64,000 bases of DNA from Candidatus Babeliales bacterium (GTDB lineage: Bacteria > Babelota > Babeliae > Babelales > JANWKD01): contig CAVRJM010000001.1 in the NCBI GenBank assembly GCA_963722075.1, forward strand, positions 608,001-672,000, read 5' to 3'. Both the position numbers and the translations under genes were made by a program. The notes under the pieces were generated by a model, which had not been told where the DNA came from, made no database searches, and saw only the letters and a list, made by a program, of their open reading frames with translations. The first letter of the stretch is position 1. Each line of letters opens with the position of its first letter. Below, one piece after another: positions 20,383-30,355 of this stretch.

Positions 20383-20423
20383 GTACTGGTAATAATCTTA
20401 AATTTTCGTAGTCTATATAACCA

Positions 20424-20702
20424 CTAAATTGATCTAACTATCTCTTTTAAATTCTTCCCAGGTTTAAAACGTGGAATATTTATTGCAGGAAGATTAATAC
20501 GTTCTTTAGTTGCAGGGTTAATACCTTTACGTTCAGGTCTACGTGAAACCCACCAGGTACCAAACCCAGCCCATTGTAATTTATCGCCTTTTTTCAAGGT
20601 GCGTTGTACAATGCGCGCTAAACTATCTAACACTCGTGAAACATCTTTTTTACTAAAAGTAGTTTCTTCACTGAGCGAATTTATTAACTCACTCTTATTC
20701 AT
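20424..20702 (-). CDS. hup: HU/IHF-family DNA-binding protein
   Basis: MNKSELI, GFGT, GINPATKERINLPA, PRFKPGKNLK. Confidence 0.93.
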   Translation of the reverse strand: MNKSELINSLSEETTFSKKDVSRVLDSLARIVQRTLKKGDKLQWAGFGTWWVSRRPERKGINPATKERINLPAINIPRFKPGKNLKEIVRSI

Positions 20703-20920
20703 AAGAACTCCTAAGTTTAATAGAGGTTAAAACACTGCTACTTCATTAAATATCGCCTTTTTTTTTCTGTGATATTTAGTAACAAATACTAATTTTGATT
20801 TAAAAATTTGTCAACTTCCGATACATTTTTATTACCAACTATATGGACAGGTTGTACCAAAAAAAATCAAATTAATTTGTTTTATAATTTAAACACATAT
20901 TTAATTTCAAGGAACTAATA

Positions 20921-21745
20921 ATGCTCATTGATACTCATTGCCATATCAATATGATGATTAAAGAAAAATTTGATGAATTGATTACTAATAATCAGCTCTT
21001 TTTAGCAGAAGCTATCATTAACCAAGCACAACAATCAACCGTTTTGAAAATAATTAATGTTGGCACAAGTTATAGAGAGAGTATTAATTGTGTCACCTTA
21101 GCAACACAATATGCTGCGTGTTATGCAGCAATTGGCATACATCCTAATGATTGTACAGCAACCTGGCATATAGATTTAAAAGAAATGGAGCAACGTTGGT
21201 TTCAACAAACAACTACCCGCCATAAAGAATTTAAAATTGTGGCAATCGGCGAATGCGGCCTCGATCGGCACTATCCAGATTATAATATGATGCGACAAAA
21301 AGATGCTTTTAGAGCACAAATTGAATTAGCACTTACCTTTTGCCTTCCCGTAATTGTGCACACGCGTGATGCTGGCGATGAAACATTGCGGGTACTTGAA
21401 GAATATATACCAAATAATATAAAAGGAGTTATTCATTGTTTTAGCGAAGATCAATCGTTTGCAAATACCGTACTAGAATGGGGATTTTTATTAGGGATTG
21501 GTGGCCCATTAACCTATCCTAAAAATAATGCATTACGCGATATTTTTAAAACCGTACCACTTGAAACTATTGTTTTAGAGACGGATGCCCCATTTTTACC
21601 AATACAGCAAATGCGCGGCAAACAAAACCATCCAAAATATATTGCCGATATCGCAGAATTTCTTGCGCAATTACGAAATGAGAGCATTGAAACTGTTGCT
21701 CAAATAACTACAAAAAATGCCACAAAACTGTTTTTATTTGAATAG
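20921..21745 (+). CDS. tatD: TatD-family DNase
   Basis: LIDTHCH, GIHP, AIGECGLD, VHTRDA, IHCFS, LETDAPFL. Confidence 0.93.
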   Translation: MLIDTHCHINMMIKEKFDELITNNQLFLAEAIINQAQQSTVLKIINVGTSYRESINCVTLATQYAACYAAIGIHPNDCTATWHIDLKEMEQRWFQQTTTRHKEFKIVAIGECGLDRHYPDYNMMRQKDAFRAQIELALTFCLPVIVHTRDAGDETLRVLEEYIPNNIKGVIHCFSEDQSFANTVLEWGFLLGIGGPLTYPKNNALRDIFKTVPLETIVLETDAPFLPIQQMRGKQNHPKYIADIAEFLAQLRNESIETVAQITTKNATKLFLFE

Positions 21746-21807
21746 TTCAAATACTTACTTTAAAATACCTTTATATCATTCATTTATTTAATTTTAAGGA
21801 AACTAAT

Positions 21808-22116
21808 ATGAAATATGCTCTTTTTCTAACTACTATTTTGATATCTTGTTCATTAAAAGGCATGTATCATTATGAAAAAAATAATGATAAAAATGAAGAT
21901 GGTTACGTAATTAAATACATCACTAGAACATGCAATAAGGGATATAAAGGTAAATCAATTCACGTCAGCAAAAAACGTAATATAGCAACGAAAGAATTAG
22001 AATGGTCTCTCATAACGTTTGATGAAAATAATAAAAATTCAAGACCATCACCCTCTTATTGGTGGCGTCTTCTTAAAGATGAGCACGCCAAATATATAGC
22101 AGCTAAATCCGAATAA
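21808..22116 (+). CDS. Small secreted hypothetical protein
   Basis: Signal peptide ending LKG-M; AAGGA RBS; similar to 22194 ORF. Confidence 0.65.
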   Translation: MKYALFLTTILISCSLKGMYHYEKNNDKNEDGYVIKYITRTCNKGYKGKSIHVSKKRNIATKELEWSLITFDENNKNSRPSPSYWWRLLKDEHAKYIAAKSE

Positions 22117-22193
22117 CTTTCTTATATCCATTATCAAGCCAAATATAAGCTGTTATCAAATAGAACATCTTACCTTTAACCGCTGAGGGCTCT

Positions 22194-22556
22194 ATGAAAT
22201 ATTTTTATATTTTTCTCAATATAATTTTTTTATCATATCCACTACATGCAATAAATCACGAAATAATAGACCTTAAAAAAGTTAAAATTAAAACAGACGA
22301 TTCAGTAATTACTACAATTACAAAAAAAGATATCTATAATAACCAAGGGCATATAGTATCCATTAGTAAAATAAAACACAAAAAAGACAATAAAATTCAT
22401 TGGACAATCACGACGTGGGTGATACAGAAAAAAAATGAATCTTGTGAGGAACGCCAAGAATACTACTTAGAATATGAGCCCGATCACTTCCCCAATTTGT
22501 GGTTCTCTCTCAAAGCAGAATTAGAAAAAGATATTGATTCATCCAAATCGCAATAA
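22194..22556 (+). CDS. Small secreted hypothetical protein (paralog of 21808)
   Basis: Signal peptide; G..V.ISK....K....W.I and W..LK.E shared with upstream ORF. Confidence 0.65.
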   Translation: MKYFYIFLNIIFLSYPLHAINHEIIDLKKVKIKTDDSVITTITKKDIYNNQGHIVSISKIKHKKDNKIHWTITTWVIQKKNESCEERQEYYLEYEPDHFPNLWFSLKAELEKDIDSSKSQ

Positions 22557-23000
22557 TTTTTTTATACCCATATCAAGCCAAATATGCGAAGCTGCTCCTA
22601 AAACGAAAAATAGCATATCGTATATGATAACTTGAATTAAAGCAGGCACTATCATATATCCACACATAATAATACCTAATGCCATAAGCATGATAAACCA
22701 TATATTGTGACAAATAGCGCGATGATTGGAAATTAAGGGAATCATGGCCAATATACTTAAAAGCGCGATTTCAAAAAAATGTCGAATTAAAAAAAGATAG
22801 ATAATAATAAAGAACAATATTTTATAAAAAATCTTTTGTCCTTTACTTTTGGTATCAATATCAGGAAACAGCGAACCCAATAAACTAAACCCCAGCCATT
22901 CGAGTGCAGTAAAAATAGAAATATACATACCGATAAAAAAATAAAGACCGATAGCAAAAATCAGCGCTCCACCTGCTAAATGTTTTTTATAATTCGGCAT
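22539..23000 (-). CDS. Membrane metal-dependent hydrolase (YdjM-like)
   Basis: N-terminal H, GSLFPDID, HRAICH, SHIWLD. Confidence 0.8.
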   Translation of the reverse strand: MPNYKKHLAGGALIFAIGLYFFIGMYISIFTALEWLGFSLLGSLFPDIDTKSKGQKIFYKILFFIIIYLFLIRHFFEIALLSILAMIPLISNHRAICHNIWFIMLMALGIIMCGYMIVPALIQVIIYDMLFFVLGAASHIWLDMGIKKLLRFG

Positions 23001-23017
23001 ACGCTCCTAATAAATAA

Positions 23018-24220
23018 TTATACCGTTAATTTCATACATGAAGTTCCCGGATAAAAAAAGCGCAAAATGTTGCGATAAGTCCATCCTTGATCAACCATAT
23101 ATCGTGCGCCCCATTGACAAATACCACAATGGTGCCCATATCCTTTACCTTTAATCAAAATTTTTTTCATTTTTATTTCAATAGAGTAACAGTAACTTTT
23201 AATTTTAGTTGAAAGCGCATAGAACTGCTTACCCGTTAACCGAGTAACTCCTTTAGCCCATTTAATAACAACTTCTAAGACTGATCCAGCCTTATCGTTT
23301 TTTATTTCAATATCCTTAATTGCATAAAGATCAAATCCTTTCTTTTGCAATAATTTTTCAAATTCAAGTAAAGATAACTCAAAATGCCATTGATATATCT
23401 TACACGGTTTGCAAAAATCACAGATTTGGGCGCGCGCTAAATACGGAGACTTTTTGAAATCAACACCGGATAGATTTGCCGGAACTACCCCACCACAACA
23501 AGAATCAAACATAGCAAGAATAGGTTTTTTATTATGAGTGACTATAAGCCCTTCAGTTTGTTCTACCGCTTTTTTTAATAGTTCATTGTTATGGTAGCCA
23601 TTATATGTTTGATGAATGTTGGTGTTTTTAATATGGAAAGGCTTCTTATTAGTACGTTCAAGAATTTTATTCAATACATACGTCCGGGAAGCGATGGCAA
23701 AAACCTTATTGACTTCTAATGGCCAACCAGGCCAACTTTCAGAGCGCAAAACACTATACACATAATCTTCAAGCCGCAATTGATTAATTAAATAACAGGT
23801 ATCGTTTTCAACAATAAATAACAAATCACCTTGATAGGGATTATTATTAAAAAGTAGGTGATCTTGAGCTGAACGTACTCTAATATTTTTTTCACTCAGT
23901 TTTTTACCATTAATAAATAGATTTTTATCTTTAAAGCAGAAAATATGGGATTTAGTAGAAGAAATTTTTCTTTTATGCTCATTACCTAATTCACAAATAA
24001 TAAGATCACTAGCTGATTCAATAATCCATTGCCCATTGTATTTTTTTTCATCCAGCAAAACGCGAACGGTACACTCTTTAGGCTTTTTTTGAATGATATC
24101 TGATTGCTTAGGATTCTCTATTATGGGACTGTTAGCACATAGGGTAAATCCAGAAAAAATAAGAATAATCTGGCATAATACTATAAAAATAATGTTCTTT
24201 TTTTTATAAACTGATCTCAT
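23018..24220 (-). CDS. SpoIID/LytB-family lytic transglycosylase
   Basis: LEDYVYSVLRSE, AIASRTY, HQTY, GKGYGHHCGICQWGA, ILRFFYPG; N-terminal TM; start uncertain. Confidence 0.88.
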   Translation of the reverse strand: MRSVYKKKNIIFIVLCQIILIFSGFTLCANSPIIENPKQSDIIQKKPKECTVRVLLDEKKYNGQWIIESASDLIICELGNEHKRKISSTKSHIFCFKDKNLFINGKKLSEKNIRVRSAQDHLLFNNNPYQGDLLFIVENDTCYLINQLRLEDYVYSVLRSESWPGWPLEVNKVFAIASRTYVLNKILERTNKKPFHIKNTNIHQTYNGYHNNELLKKAVEQTEGLIVTHNKKPILAMFDSCCGGVVPANLSGVDFKKSPYLARAQICDFCKPCKIYQWHFELSLLEFEKLLQKKGFDLYAIKDIEIKNDKAGSVLEVVIKWAKGVTRLTGKQFYALSTKIKSYCYSIEIKMKKILIKGKGYGHHCGICQWGARYMVDQGWTYRNILRFFYPGTSCMKLTV

Positions 24221-24719
24221 ATTGATGCATAATCTTTTGAAATTCACCCGGCATTGGCGTTCTTTTATCTATACCTTCATTTGCCAATGCATCGGCAATA
24301 CCATTATATTCTCTTAATATGTGACAAAATGAATAATTAATATTAGATAAAAACAGATGAGCACAGTTAAAAAGCTGCTTTAACTCTAAACTTCTAATCT
24401 TATATTCACCCTTCATATGCTTTATTAGGAGCTCAGAATCAGAAAATATATATAAAACATCATTAGCATTGATATGTTTCTTAGCAAAATAAATACCTAA
24501 TAACAATGCTAAATATTCTGCTTGATTATTGGTCTTTACCCCTAAGAAAAATCCTTTTTTATAAATAAGCTCTTCTTCTTTTAGTAAAAAAATACCAGCC
24601 CCTGCTAATCCAGGGTTTTTTCGAGATGCACCATCGACAAACAGTTTCCAAGAAATTGCACCTTTTTTAACGATTACAGAAGAAGGAATACAATCATCAA
24701 AAAAACTAAGCTGTTTCAT
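24204..24719 (-). CDS. rnhA: Ribonuclease HI (archaeal/actinobacterial-like type)
   Basis: VDGASRKNPGLAGAG, TNNQAEY, SDSEL, REYNGIADALAN. Confidence 0.9.
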   Translation of the reverse strand: MKQLSFFDDCIPSSVIVKKGAISWKLFVDGASRKNPGLAGAGIFLLKEEELIYKKGFFLGVKTNNQAEYLALLLGIYFAKKHINANDVLYIFSDSELLIKHMKGEYKIRSLELKQLFNCAHLFLSNINYSFCHILREYNGIADALANEGIDKRTPMPGEFQKIMHQYEISL

Positions 24720-24723
24720 CCGG

Positions 24724-25422
24724 TTATTCCATATATAAAAATCGATAACATTGCTTACATTGTAGTATGCCATTTCTTCTGACACGCGACAAATCTTGAG
24801 CAGACAAACTGTAAAAACATGCTGAACAGCTATCATTTATTACGGGAACTACGGGATTTGAAACAGATTCACGCATAAGAGCGTATTTTTCTAGCCATTC
24901 TACCGGCAATCCCTTTTCTTTATCGGGACGTTGCGCACGTGCTTGATCAATCGATTCAGTAAGTGCTTGTGCTTTACTTGCGAGCTCTTCCATGGCTTTT
25001 TCAGCTTGCATTATTTGCTGTGCTGTCTCTTCACTTTTTATGGTATATTCACGCGTTGTTGCTTCAAGTACATGCCAAACCTGCAACAGTTGTTCTTCAA
25101 AAGCATGTTGTGCTTGTTTTAACTTTTCAATTTCATGGGTCAATGATTGATATTCTCGCTGGTTACTAACTCGATCAAGTTGCTGTTCTTTATTTTTTTG
25201 TTTTTGCCCAAGCTCTTCCATTTCTAATTCTTTAGCATCTACCTCTTTTTTGGCAGTGCTTAAGCGCTTTTTTACTGTTTCAAGATCAGTTTTTAATTGA
25301 TCTATTCTTTCTTTATAAGTTAATGATTCTTGCTGAAGCTGCTTTTGCTCATATACCAACTTATTAATTTGTTGATCCAGATGAACTAGGTCTAAAAATC
25401 GCTGAAAGGGAAACTCGCTCAT
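24724..25422 (-). CDS. Coiled-coil protein with C4 zinc ribbon (DUF164/CT398-like)
   Basis: Long coiled coil, then CSAC...CKQCYRFLY; adjacent to RNase HI. Confidence 0.85.
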   Translation of the reverse strand: MSEFPFQRFLDLVHLDQQINKLVYEQKQLQQESLTYKERIDQLKTDLETVKKRLSTAKKEVDAKELEMEELGQKQKNKEQQLDRVSNQREYQSLTHEIEKLKQAQHAFEEQLLQVWHVLEATTREYTIKSEETAQQIMQAEKAMEELASKAQALTESIDQARAQRPDKEKGLPVEWLEKYALMRESVSNPVVPVINDSCSACFYSLSAQDLSRVRRNGILQCKQCYRFLYME

Positions 25423-25458
25423 TACAAATCTTTCTGTTAGCAAAGGTTACGGTTTGAA

Positions 25459-25535
25459 TGGTGGGCCCACCAGGACTTGAACCTGGGACCTCTCGGTTAT
25501 GAGCCGATTGCTCTGACCAACTGAGCTATGGGCCC
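25459..25535 (-). tRNA. tRNA-Ile2 (CAT, lysidine-modified) probable
   Basis: GGGCCCATAGCTCAGTTGGTCAGAGCAATCGGCTCATAACCGAGAGGTCCCAGGTTCAAGTCCTGGTGGGCCCACCA; Ile-like acceptor stem; Ile2 versus Met is inferred. Confidence 0.85.
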
Positions 25536-25750
25536 CCTATTAGACATTTTCAAGCCAGAAAGAACATTTATTTCTAACGGGGAAACTGCAATTAAAGATA
25601 ATGTAAAATTTGCTCTTTGTGAAGGGGCAATGCTAATTTTGTTACCGAGTTTATCAACTATAATCCTGAACCATAATTTTTGACAAAAGATCATATTTCT
25701 AATAAATTTTAAAGTGTTTACCTACAAAATTTTATAATTAAGAGAAATAT

Positions 25751-26587
25751 ATGAAAAAACTTATTTTATTATGCTCGTTAAGCATGATCACTTTTTTTAG
25801 CCGTTCTGCCACACTCATAGAAATCGAAAATGAGCTCAAAAAAAAATCTTTCGAATTGCAAGCAGAATTACATCAAGAACTGGATTCAATGAACAATGAA
25901 TCGATTAGCTTCCATGAAAATCGCCTTAAAAAAAAAGCTAGTTTTGCCGACAGACATTTCCAAGAATGCTCTAAGGATGGTAATTCAGAAGAATGCAAGA
26001 AAGTAATGGAAGAGTGGAAATCATATAAAAAGGTTGAAGAAAAGGACAAGAAACGCTTCGAAGAACATCGGGATCAAAAAGGTATCTTCGCTATCGAAAA
26101 GGCACGAGAACAAAATCCCAAAGTTAAAGAGTTAATGCTCTCCGTGGATAGATTAAAAAAAGATCGTGCATTTGCCTTATTTGAATTAATACAGCAAAAT
26201 CCACAAGCACTCTTTGAAATCGCTAAAAAAGTCGTAACTAATGCGCAAAATGTGCAAATATCATTAAATGAAAAAATTACTGAGTTCCTAAAGCCTATTA
26301 CACAAGAAAAACTACAATATAAGGAAAAAAGTCTTCAGGAAGAATCTTCGTATTTTCAAAAGCAGGATATAGATTCAGGAGAACAGAAAAAAAAATCAAA
26401 GCGATACAAACGAAACAAACAACATGGGCAAATTATTGAAGGTTGCTTTGAAGAAAAAGAAGCGATTGCACAATTTAAGGCAAAAAACGATAAAGACGTT
26501 CAAGATTTAAATTATCAAGCGACAAATTACCTAGAAGTTCTTATGATACTCCAGGGTCTTGAAAAATCTATTTCCACAAAGAATTAA
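25751..26587 (+). CDS. Secreted Lys/Glu-rich coiled-coil hypothetical protein
   Basis: Signal peptide; ECSKDGNSEEC Cys pair; upstream TTGACA box at ~25680. Confidence 0.7.
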   Translation: MKKLILLCSLSMITFFSRSATLIEIENELKKKSFELQAELHQELDSMNNESISFHENRLKKKASFADRHFQECSKDGNSEECKKVMEEWKSYKKVEEKDKKRFEEHRDQKGIFAIEKAREQNPKVKELMLSVDRLKKDRAFALFELIQQNPQALFEIAKKVVTNAQNVQISLNEKITEFLKPITQEKLQYKEKSLQEESSYFQKQDIDSGEQKKKSKRYKRNKQHGQIIEGCFEEKEAIAQFKAKNDKDVQDLNYQATNYLEVLMILQGLEKSISTKN

Positions 26588-26592
26588 TTATG

Positions 26593-26622
26593 AGAGCCCA
26601 GCAATTAAGATCAATGGGCTCT
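26593..26622. terminator. Hairpin between convergent genes
   Basis: AGAGCCCA...TGGGCTCT. Confidence 0.5.
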
Positions 26623-26627
26623 TTACC

Positions 26628-27632
26628 TTAAATTATTTTTACCAAAAAATCTTTAAGCCGTTGGCTATAACCCCATTCATTATCGTACCAGCCAAATACC
26701 TTACCACTCGTACCATACATTTGAGTTAAGGAAGCATCAAAAATTACCGAGTTTGGATTTCCTTTAAAATCTGATGAAACTAACAATTCATCGCTATAAC
26801 CTACAATTCCTTTTAGTGAATTCTGAGAAACAGTCCTAAATAATTCATTTATGCTTGATACGGTTGCCGATTTAGTTACTTTAAAAGCAACGTCAATAAG
26901 AGATACTTTATCAATGGGTACCCGTAAAGCAACACCTTGTATCTTATCTGCCAATGCGGGTAACACCTTACTGACGCTTGTAGTAGCACCGCTACTGGTA
27001 GGTATAATATTAATTGCTGCCGCTCTTGAACGCCGTTCATCATGTACCATTACATCTAATAATACTTGAGAATTAGTATAGGCATGCACCGTAGTCATAA
27101 ACGCGTGCTCTAAAATAAGATGTTCATGTAATACATTAAGTACGGAAACTAAAGCATTTGTAGTGCAGCTTCCTAAAGAAACAATGTTATGCCGTTTTTT
27201 ATCAAATGAAGCATCATTAACCCCTGGAATAATCATAATGTCTTCATTATGCGCCGGTGCGGATATTAAAACTGATTGCGCTCCCGCTTTAATATGTTCT
27301 TCTGCTTTTGTACGGTCCGTATATTTACCAGAACAATCAACCACCCAATCAATTGCTAGTTTTTTCCATGGTAGTTCTAGGGCATTCATATGCGTAAATA
27401 TGGGAATTTTAAGATTATTTATGCATAAATGGTCATCTGCTAAACCTACTGTTCCTTCAAATTGTCCCATCAATGAATCATATTTAAAAAAATGTGGCAG
27501 CAGTTCTTTATTTGCAGGTCCAATGTTAATAGCTGCTATCGTTAATTTCTCTAATGCCTGCTTATCTGAAACTAATATACGTAATAACGTTTTACCAATT
27601 CGTCCCAACCCATTAATAGCAATACGCATCAT
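26628..27632 (-). CDS. gap: Glyceraldehyde-3-phosphate dehydrogenase (type I)
   Basis: RIAINGLGRIG, SCTTN, RAAAINIIP, WYDNEWGY. Confidence 0.95.
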   Translation of the reverse strand: MMRIAINGLGRIGKTLLRILVSDKQALEKLTIAAINIGPANKELLPHFFKYDSLMGQFEGTVGLADDHLCINNLKIPIFTHMNALELPWKKLAIDWVVDCSGKYTDRTKAEEHIKAGAQSVLISAPAHNEDIMIIPGVNDASFDKKRHNIVSLGSCTTNALVSVLNVLHEHLILEHAFMTTVHAYTNSQVLLDVMVHDERRSRAAAINIIPTSSGATTSVSKVLPALADKIQGVALRVPIDKVSLIDVAFKVTKSATVSSINELFRTVSQNSLKGIVGYSDELLVSSDFKGNPNSVIFDASLTQMYGTSGKVFGWYDNEWGYSQRLKDFLVKII

Positions 27633-27654
27633 TACTCTCCTTTTACTGCCCTTT

Positions 27655-28485
27655 TTATCGATTAATAAATTCTTGTACCTCAAGCACAATCTTATTTAAT
27701 TCTTCATCCGTTACAAGAGGAAGCTCCATAATAAGCGGTATTTGTTTTAATCGTTCATGATTAATCAATTGTTTTAGTGCCGCTAATCCAATAGCGCCAT
27801 TACCAGGAATATCATGCCTATCATGAAATGATCCGCATTGTTCTTGCGTATCATTAAGGTGAATAAGTACGATTGATTCAAAACCTAACACCGTTTCAAG
27901 CAATTCAATAAACGCTTTTTGACCGGATGGGTCTGCAATATTATAGCCGTAGGAATATGCATGAGCAGTATCGATGCAAAATTTAATCTTTTCTGGTTTA
28001 TCTAATTTATCACGTATAGCTGCCAGATGGGTAATATCACCACCAATAACGCGTTTATTAAACGCTACGTTTTCAAGTACCAACGTAGGATAGTCATTCT
28101 TCTTGAAAATAGTGTTAATTTTTTTTGCAATTATATCAATACCATGGTTAAAATCTTCTATATTTTCTACAGATCCAGGATGCATAATGAGATACGGTGA
28201 AGCTAATTGAGATGCAAGTTCAAGCTCTTTTTTCAAAAAATAACAACTTTCAGCATAATAAGAAACGCTCGCTAAATTTATTTTATATGAGCCATGAGCA
28301 ATAATACGAATATCAGATCGTTGCGCATGAATTTGAGATAATTCAGTTTCTTTAAATTGTATATATGATCCACATTCATAATGCGTAAGAAAAGTTTGAA
28401 ATAATGGAATATTAAGCCGCTGCGCTTGATAAATTAAGTCAAGCATCGTACCATTCATTCTAAAATTTAACCCCACGCTTCTCAT
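27655..28485 (-). CDS. nfo: Endonuclease IV (AP endonuclease)
   Basis: AHGSYKINLA, HPGS, LEN, CIDTAH, HLND, DRH, IME. Confidence 0.9.
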   Translation of the reverse strand: MRSVGLNFRMNGTMLDLIYQAQRLNIPLFQTFLTHYECGSYIQFKETELSQIHAQRSDIRIIAHGSYKINLASVSYYAESCYFLKKELELASQLASPYLIMHPGSVENIEDFNHGIDIIAKKINTIFKKNDYPTLVLENVAFNKRVIGGDITHLAAIRDKLDKPEKIKFCIDTAHAYSYGYNIADPSGQKAFIELLETVLGFESIVLIHLNDTQEQCGSFHDRHDIPGNGAIGLAALKQLINHERLKQIPLIMELPLVTDEELNKIVLEVQEFINR

Positions 28486-28496
28486 TATGAATTTCC

Positions 28497-29894
28497 TTAA
28501 CAAAGCTCAGCAAGACAGGAGTTATTAATATGAGGACTCATTAGATTAATAAATGTTTGCTTTATCCTTTCTAAGTGAGCTCTTGAATCTGCTTCAAAGC
28601 GTATACAAATAACTGGTTGCGTATGTGAAGGGCGTATAAGTCCCCACCCCTCTTTCATAATTACCCGAATACCATCAATAGTCATCAATTGTACCGTACG
28701 ATCATGCTCAAATGCTTTTACTATATCCGTCAAAATTAAGTTAATTTGTTGTTGATCACATGCTATTCTATATTCAGGCGTATTATATTTTTCCGGAAAT
28801 ATCGTCAATAATTGTGATAGATTCTTACCACTTTGCACGAGTATCTCAAAAAGGCGTAGCAGCGCATAGATGCCATCATCGTAACCAAAATATCTGTCCT
28901 TAAAAAAGAAATGACAACTCAATTCGCCTGCCAAGAGTGCCTTATTAATCTTCATTTGATTTTTAATAATTGCATGGCCCGAAGGAGACATAATCCATTT
29001 TGCTTGTATAGAATCTAATACTTCCGGTAAACCCGAGGAACATTTTATATCAAAAATAATGGTTGCATCAGGATTGTTTTTTATTAAATAACATGAAAAG
29101 AGTGCTAACAATTTATCACCAGCAACTATTGAACCTTCTTTGGTCATTGGCGCCATCCTATCACAATCACCATCAAGCCCGATGCCAAATTGATACGGTT
29201 TTGTTGTTATTATTTTTCTTAAATCCTGCATATTTTTTTCTACGGTAGGATCCGCTTCATGATGAGGATAGGTGCCATCAACTTCTTGATACAATAAATC
29301 AACAGATTGCCATTCCATCTGTTTAATAAGTTCAGGTAAAACCGTACCTGCAGCTCCATTGCCACAATCAATAAGCACGGGTAATTTCATACCAATTAGA
29401 TGTTTAAAATGTTCCTTAAGCCACTGTATATAAACTTCAATCATATCTATAGTTGAATAAGTACCTTTTTTATCTAATGGTACTGATTTTTTATCTTTAT
29501 ATAACTGCTTTATTTCTTGAATCTGGCTACCCCATACCGATTCCTTATTCATACATATTTTTAACCCATTATATTCTTTACCATTATGTGAAGCAGTAAT
29601 AATAATTCCTGCTTGTACCTCTAGATTAAATAAAGAAAAATAAAGTACTGGTGTTGGGCAGGTTCCTATAAAAATGACATTTATACCGCTATCAAGAAAT
29701 GCGCGAGAAAGTTCTTCTTTAATAAGTGGTGAATGGATTCTTCCATCCATACCTAAGGATACGGCCTTTAATAATGAATTTTGCTGCTTAAAAAAATAAG
29801 CCAAGGCTAATCCCAGTTGATAAGCCTCCTCTATCAACAGTTCAGACCCCACTTTACCCCGTATATCATACTGTTTGAAAATTAAATCGTTCAT
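28497..29894 (-). CDS. pgm: Phosphomannomutase/phosphoglucomutase
   Basis: FKQYDIRG, ITASHN, DGDCDR, GELSCH, IRPSHTQP. Confidence 0.93.
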   Translation of the reverse strand: MNDLIFKQYDIRGKVGSELLIEEAYQLGLALAYFFKQQNSLLKAVSLGMDGRIHSPLIKEELSRAFLDSGINVIFIGTCPTPVLYFSLFNLEVQAGIIITASHNGKEYNGLKICMNKESVWGSQIQEIKQLYKDKKSVPLDKKGTYSTIDMIEVYIQWLKEHFKHLIGMKLPVLIDCGNGAAGTVLPELIKQMEWQSVDLLYQEVDGTYPHHEADPTVEKNMQDLRKIITTKPYQFGIGLDGDCDRMAPMTKEGSIVAGDKLLALFSCYLIKNNPDATIIFDIKCSSGLPEVLDSIQAKWIMSPSGHAIIKNQMKINKALLAGELSCHFFFKDRYFGYDDGIYALLRLFEILVQSGKNLSQLLTIFPEKYNTPEYRIACDQQQINLILTDIVKAFEHDRTVQLMTIDGIRVIMKEGWGLIRPSHTQPVICIRFEADSRAHLERIKQTFINLMSPHINNSCLAELC

Positions 29895-30023
29895 AAGCTC
29901 CTTTAAAAAATACTTTATATATCTATGATACAAGAGATTAACAAAAATGAATAATGGCTTATAAAGCTTACTTTGAGCTTAATCTATCAATTTGAATCAC
30001 TTGATCGATAGCCTTTTTTGCCA

Positions 30024-30163
30024 TTTCTAACATTGTATATCACCTACAAGCATGTTAAACTACCCAACATATTAATAACTATAAATAATTATCGATTCCA
30101 ATTTTCCTAATGATTCCTTTAAAATTACATCTTAAGAATTTCTTAAGTTATGGCGATGTCTTA
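30024..30163 (+). repeat. Upstream copy of the sbcC promoter and first 18 codons
   Basis: 30024-30062 identical to 31632-31670 (39 bp); 30108-30163 matches 31717-31772 (55/56). Confidence 0.93.
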
Positions 30164-30265
30164 ACGATAGTAACGGGAAAACTGCCTTATGGCATGCTCA
30201 ACAATTATAACAGCATAATATTATTACACTTTTACAACAGGCTGAAGAAGGGAATCGATAAGTAA
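30110..30265 (+). pseudogene. 51-aa chimeric ORF beginning with the SbcC N-terminus
   Basis: MIPLKLHLKNFLSYGDVL then unrelated TIVTGKLPYGMLNNYNSIILLHFYNRLKKGIDK*. Confidence 0.6.
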
Positions 30266-30355
30266 TTTTATTAATTATTATTGTATTTAAGTTGTATATT
30301 GTATAATGTATAAAAAATATAACTAAAAATCACAAAAAAAAGGTGAGTAAAAAAA

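Noticed and set aside
25497..25694. 65-aa ORF on the minus strand
   Set aside because: Overlaps tRNA-Ile2 and its upstream region; the C-terminus is translated tRNA sequence.
29968..30033. Minus-strand mini-ORF MLEMAKKAIDQVIQIDRLSSK (and MLETNKVKF... at the second copy) starting inside the 39-bp repeat after AGGTG
   Set aside because: Only 20-21 codons and unrelated after codon 3; the plus-strand promoter explains the conserved block better.
30089..30261. Retron-like a1/a2 inverted repeat
   Set aside because: No reverse transcriptase in the window and no recognisable msd hairpin.
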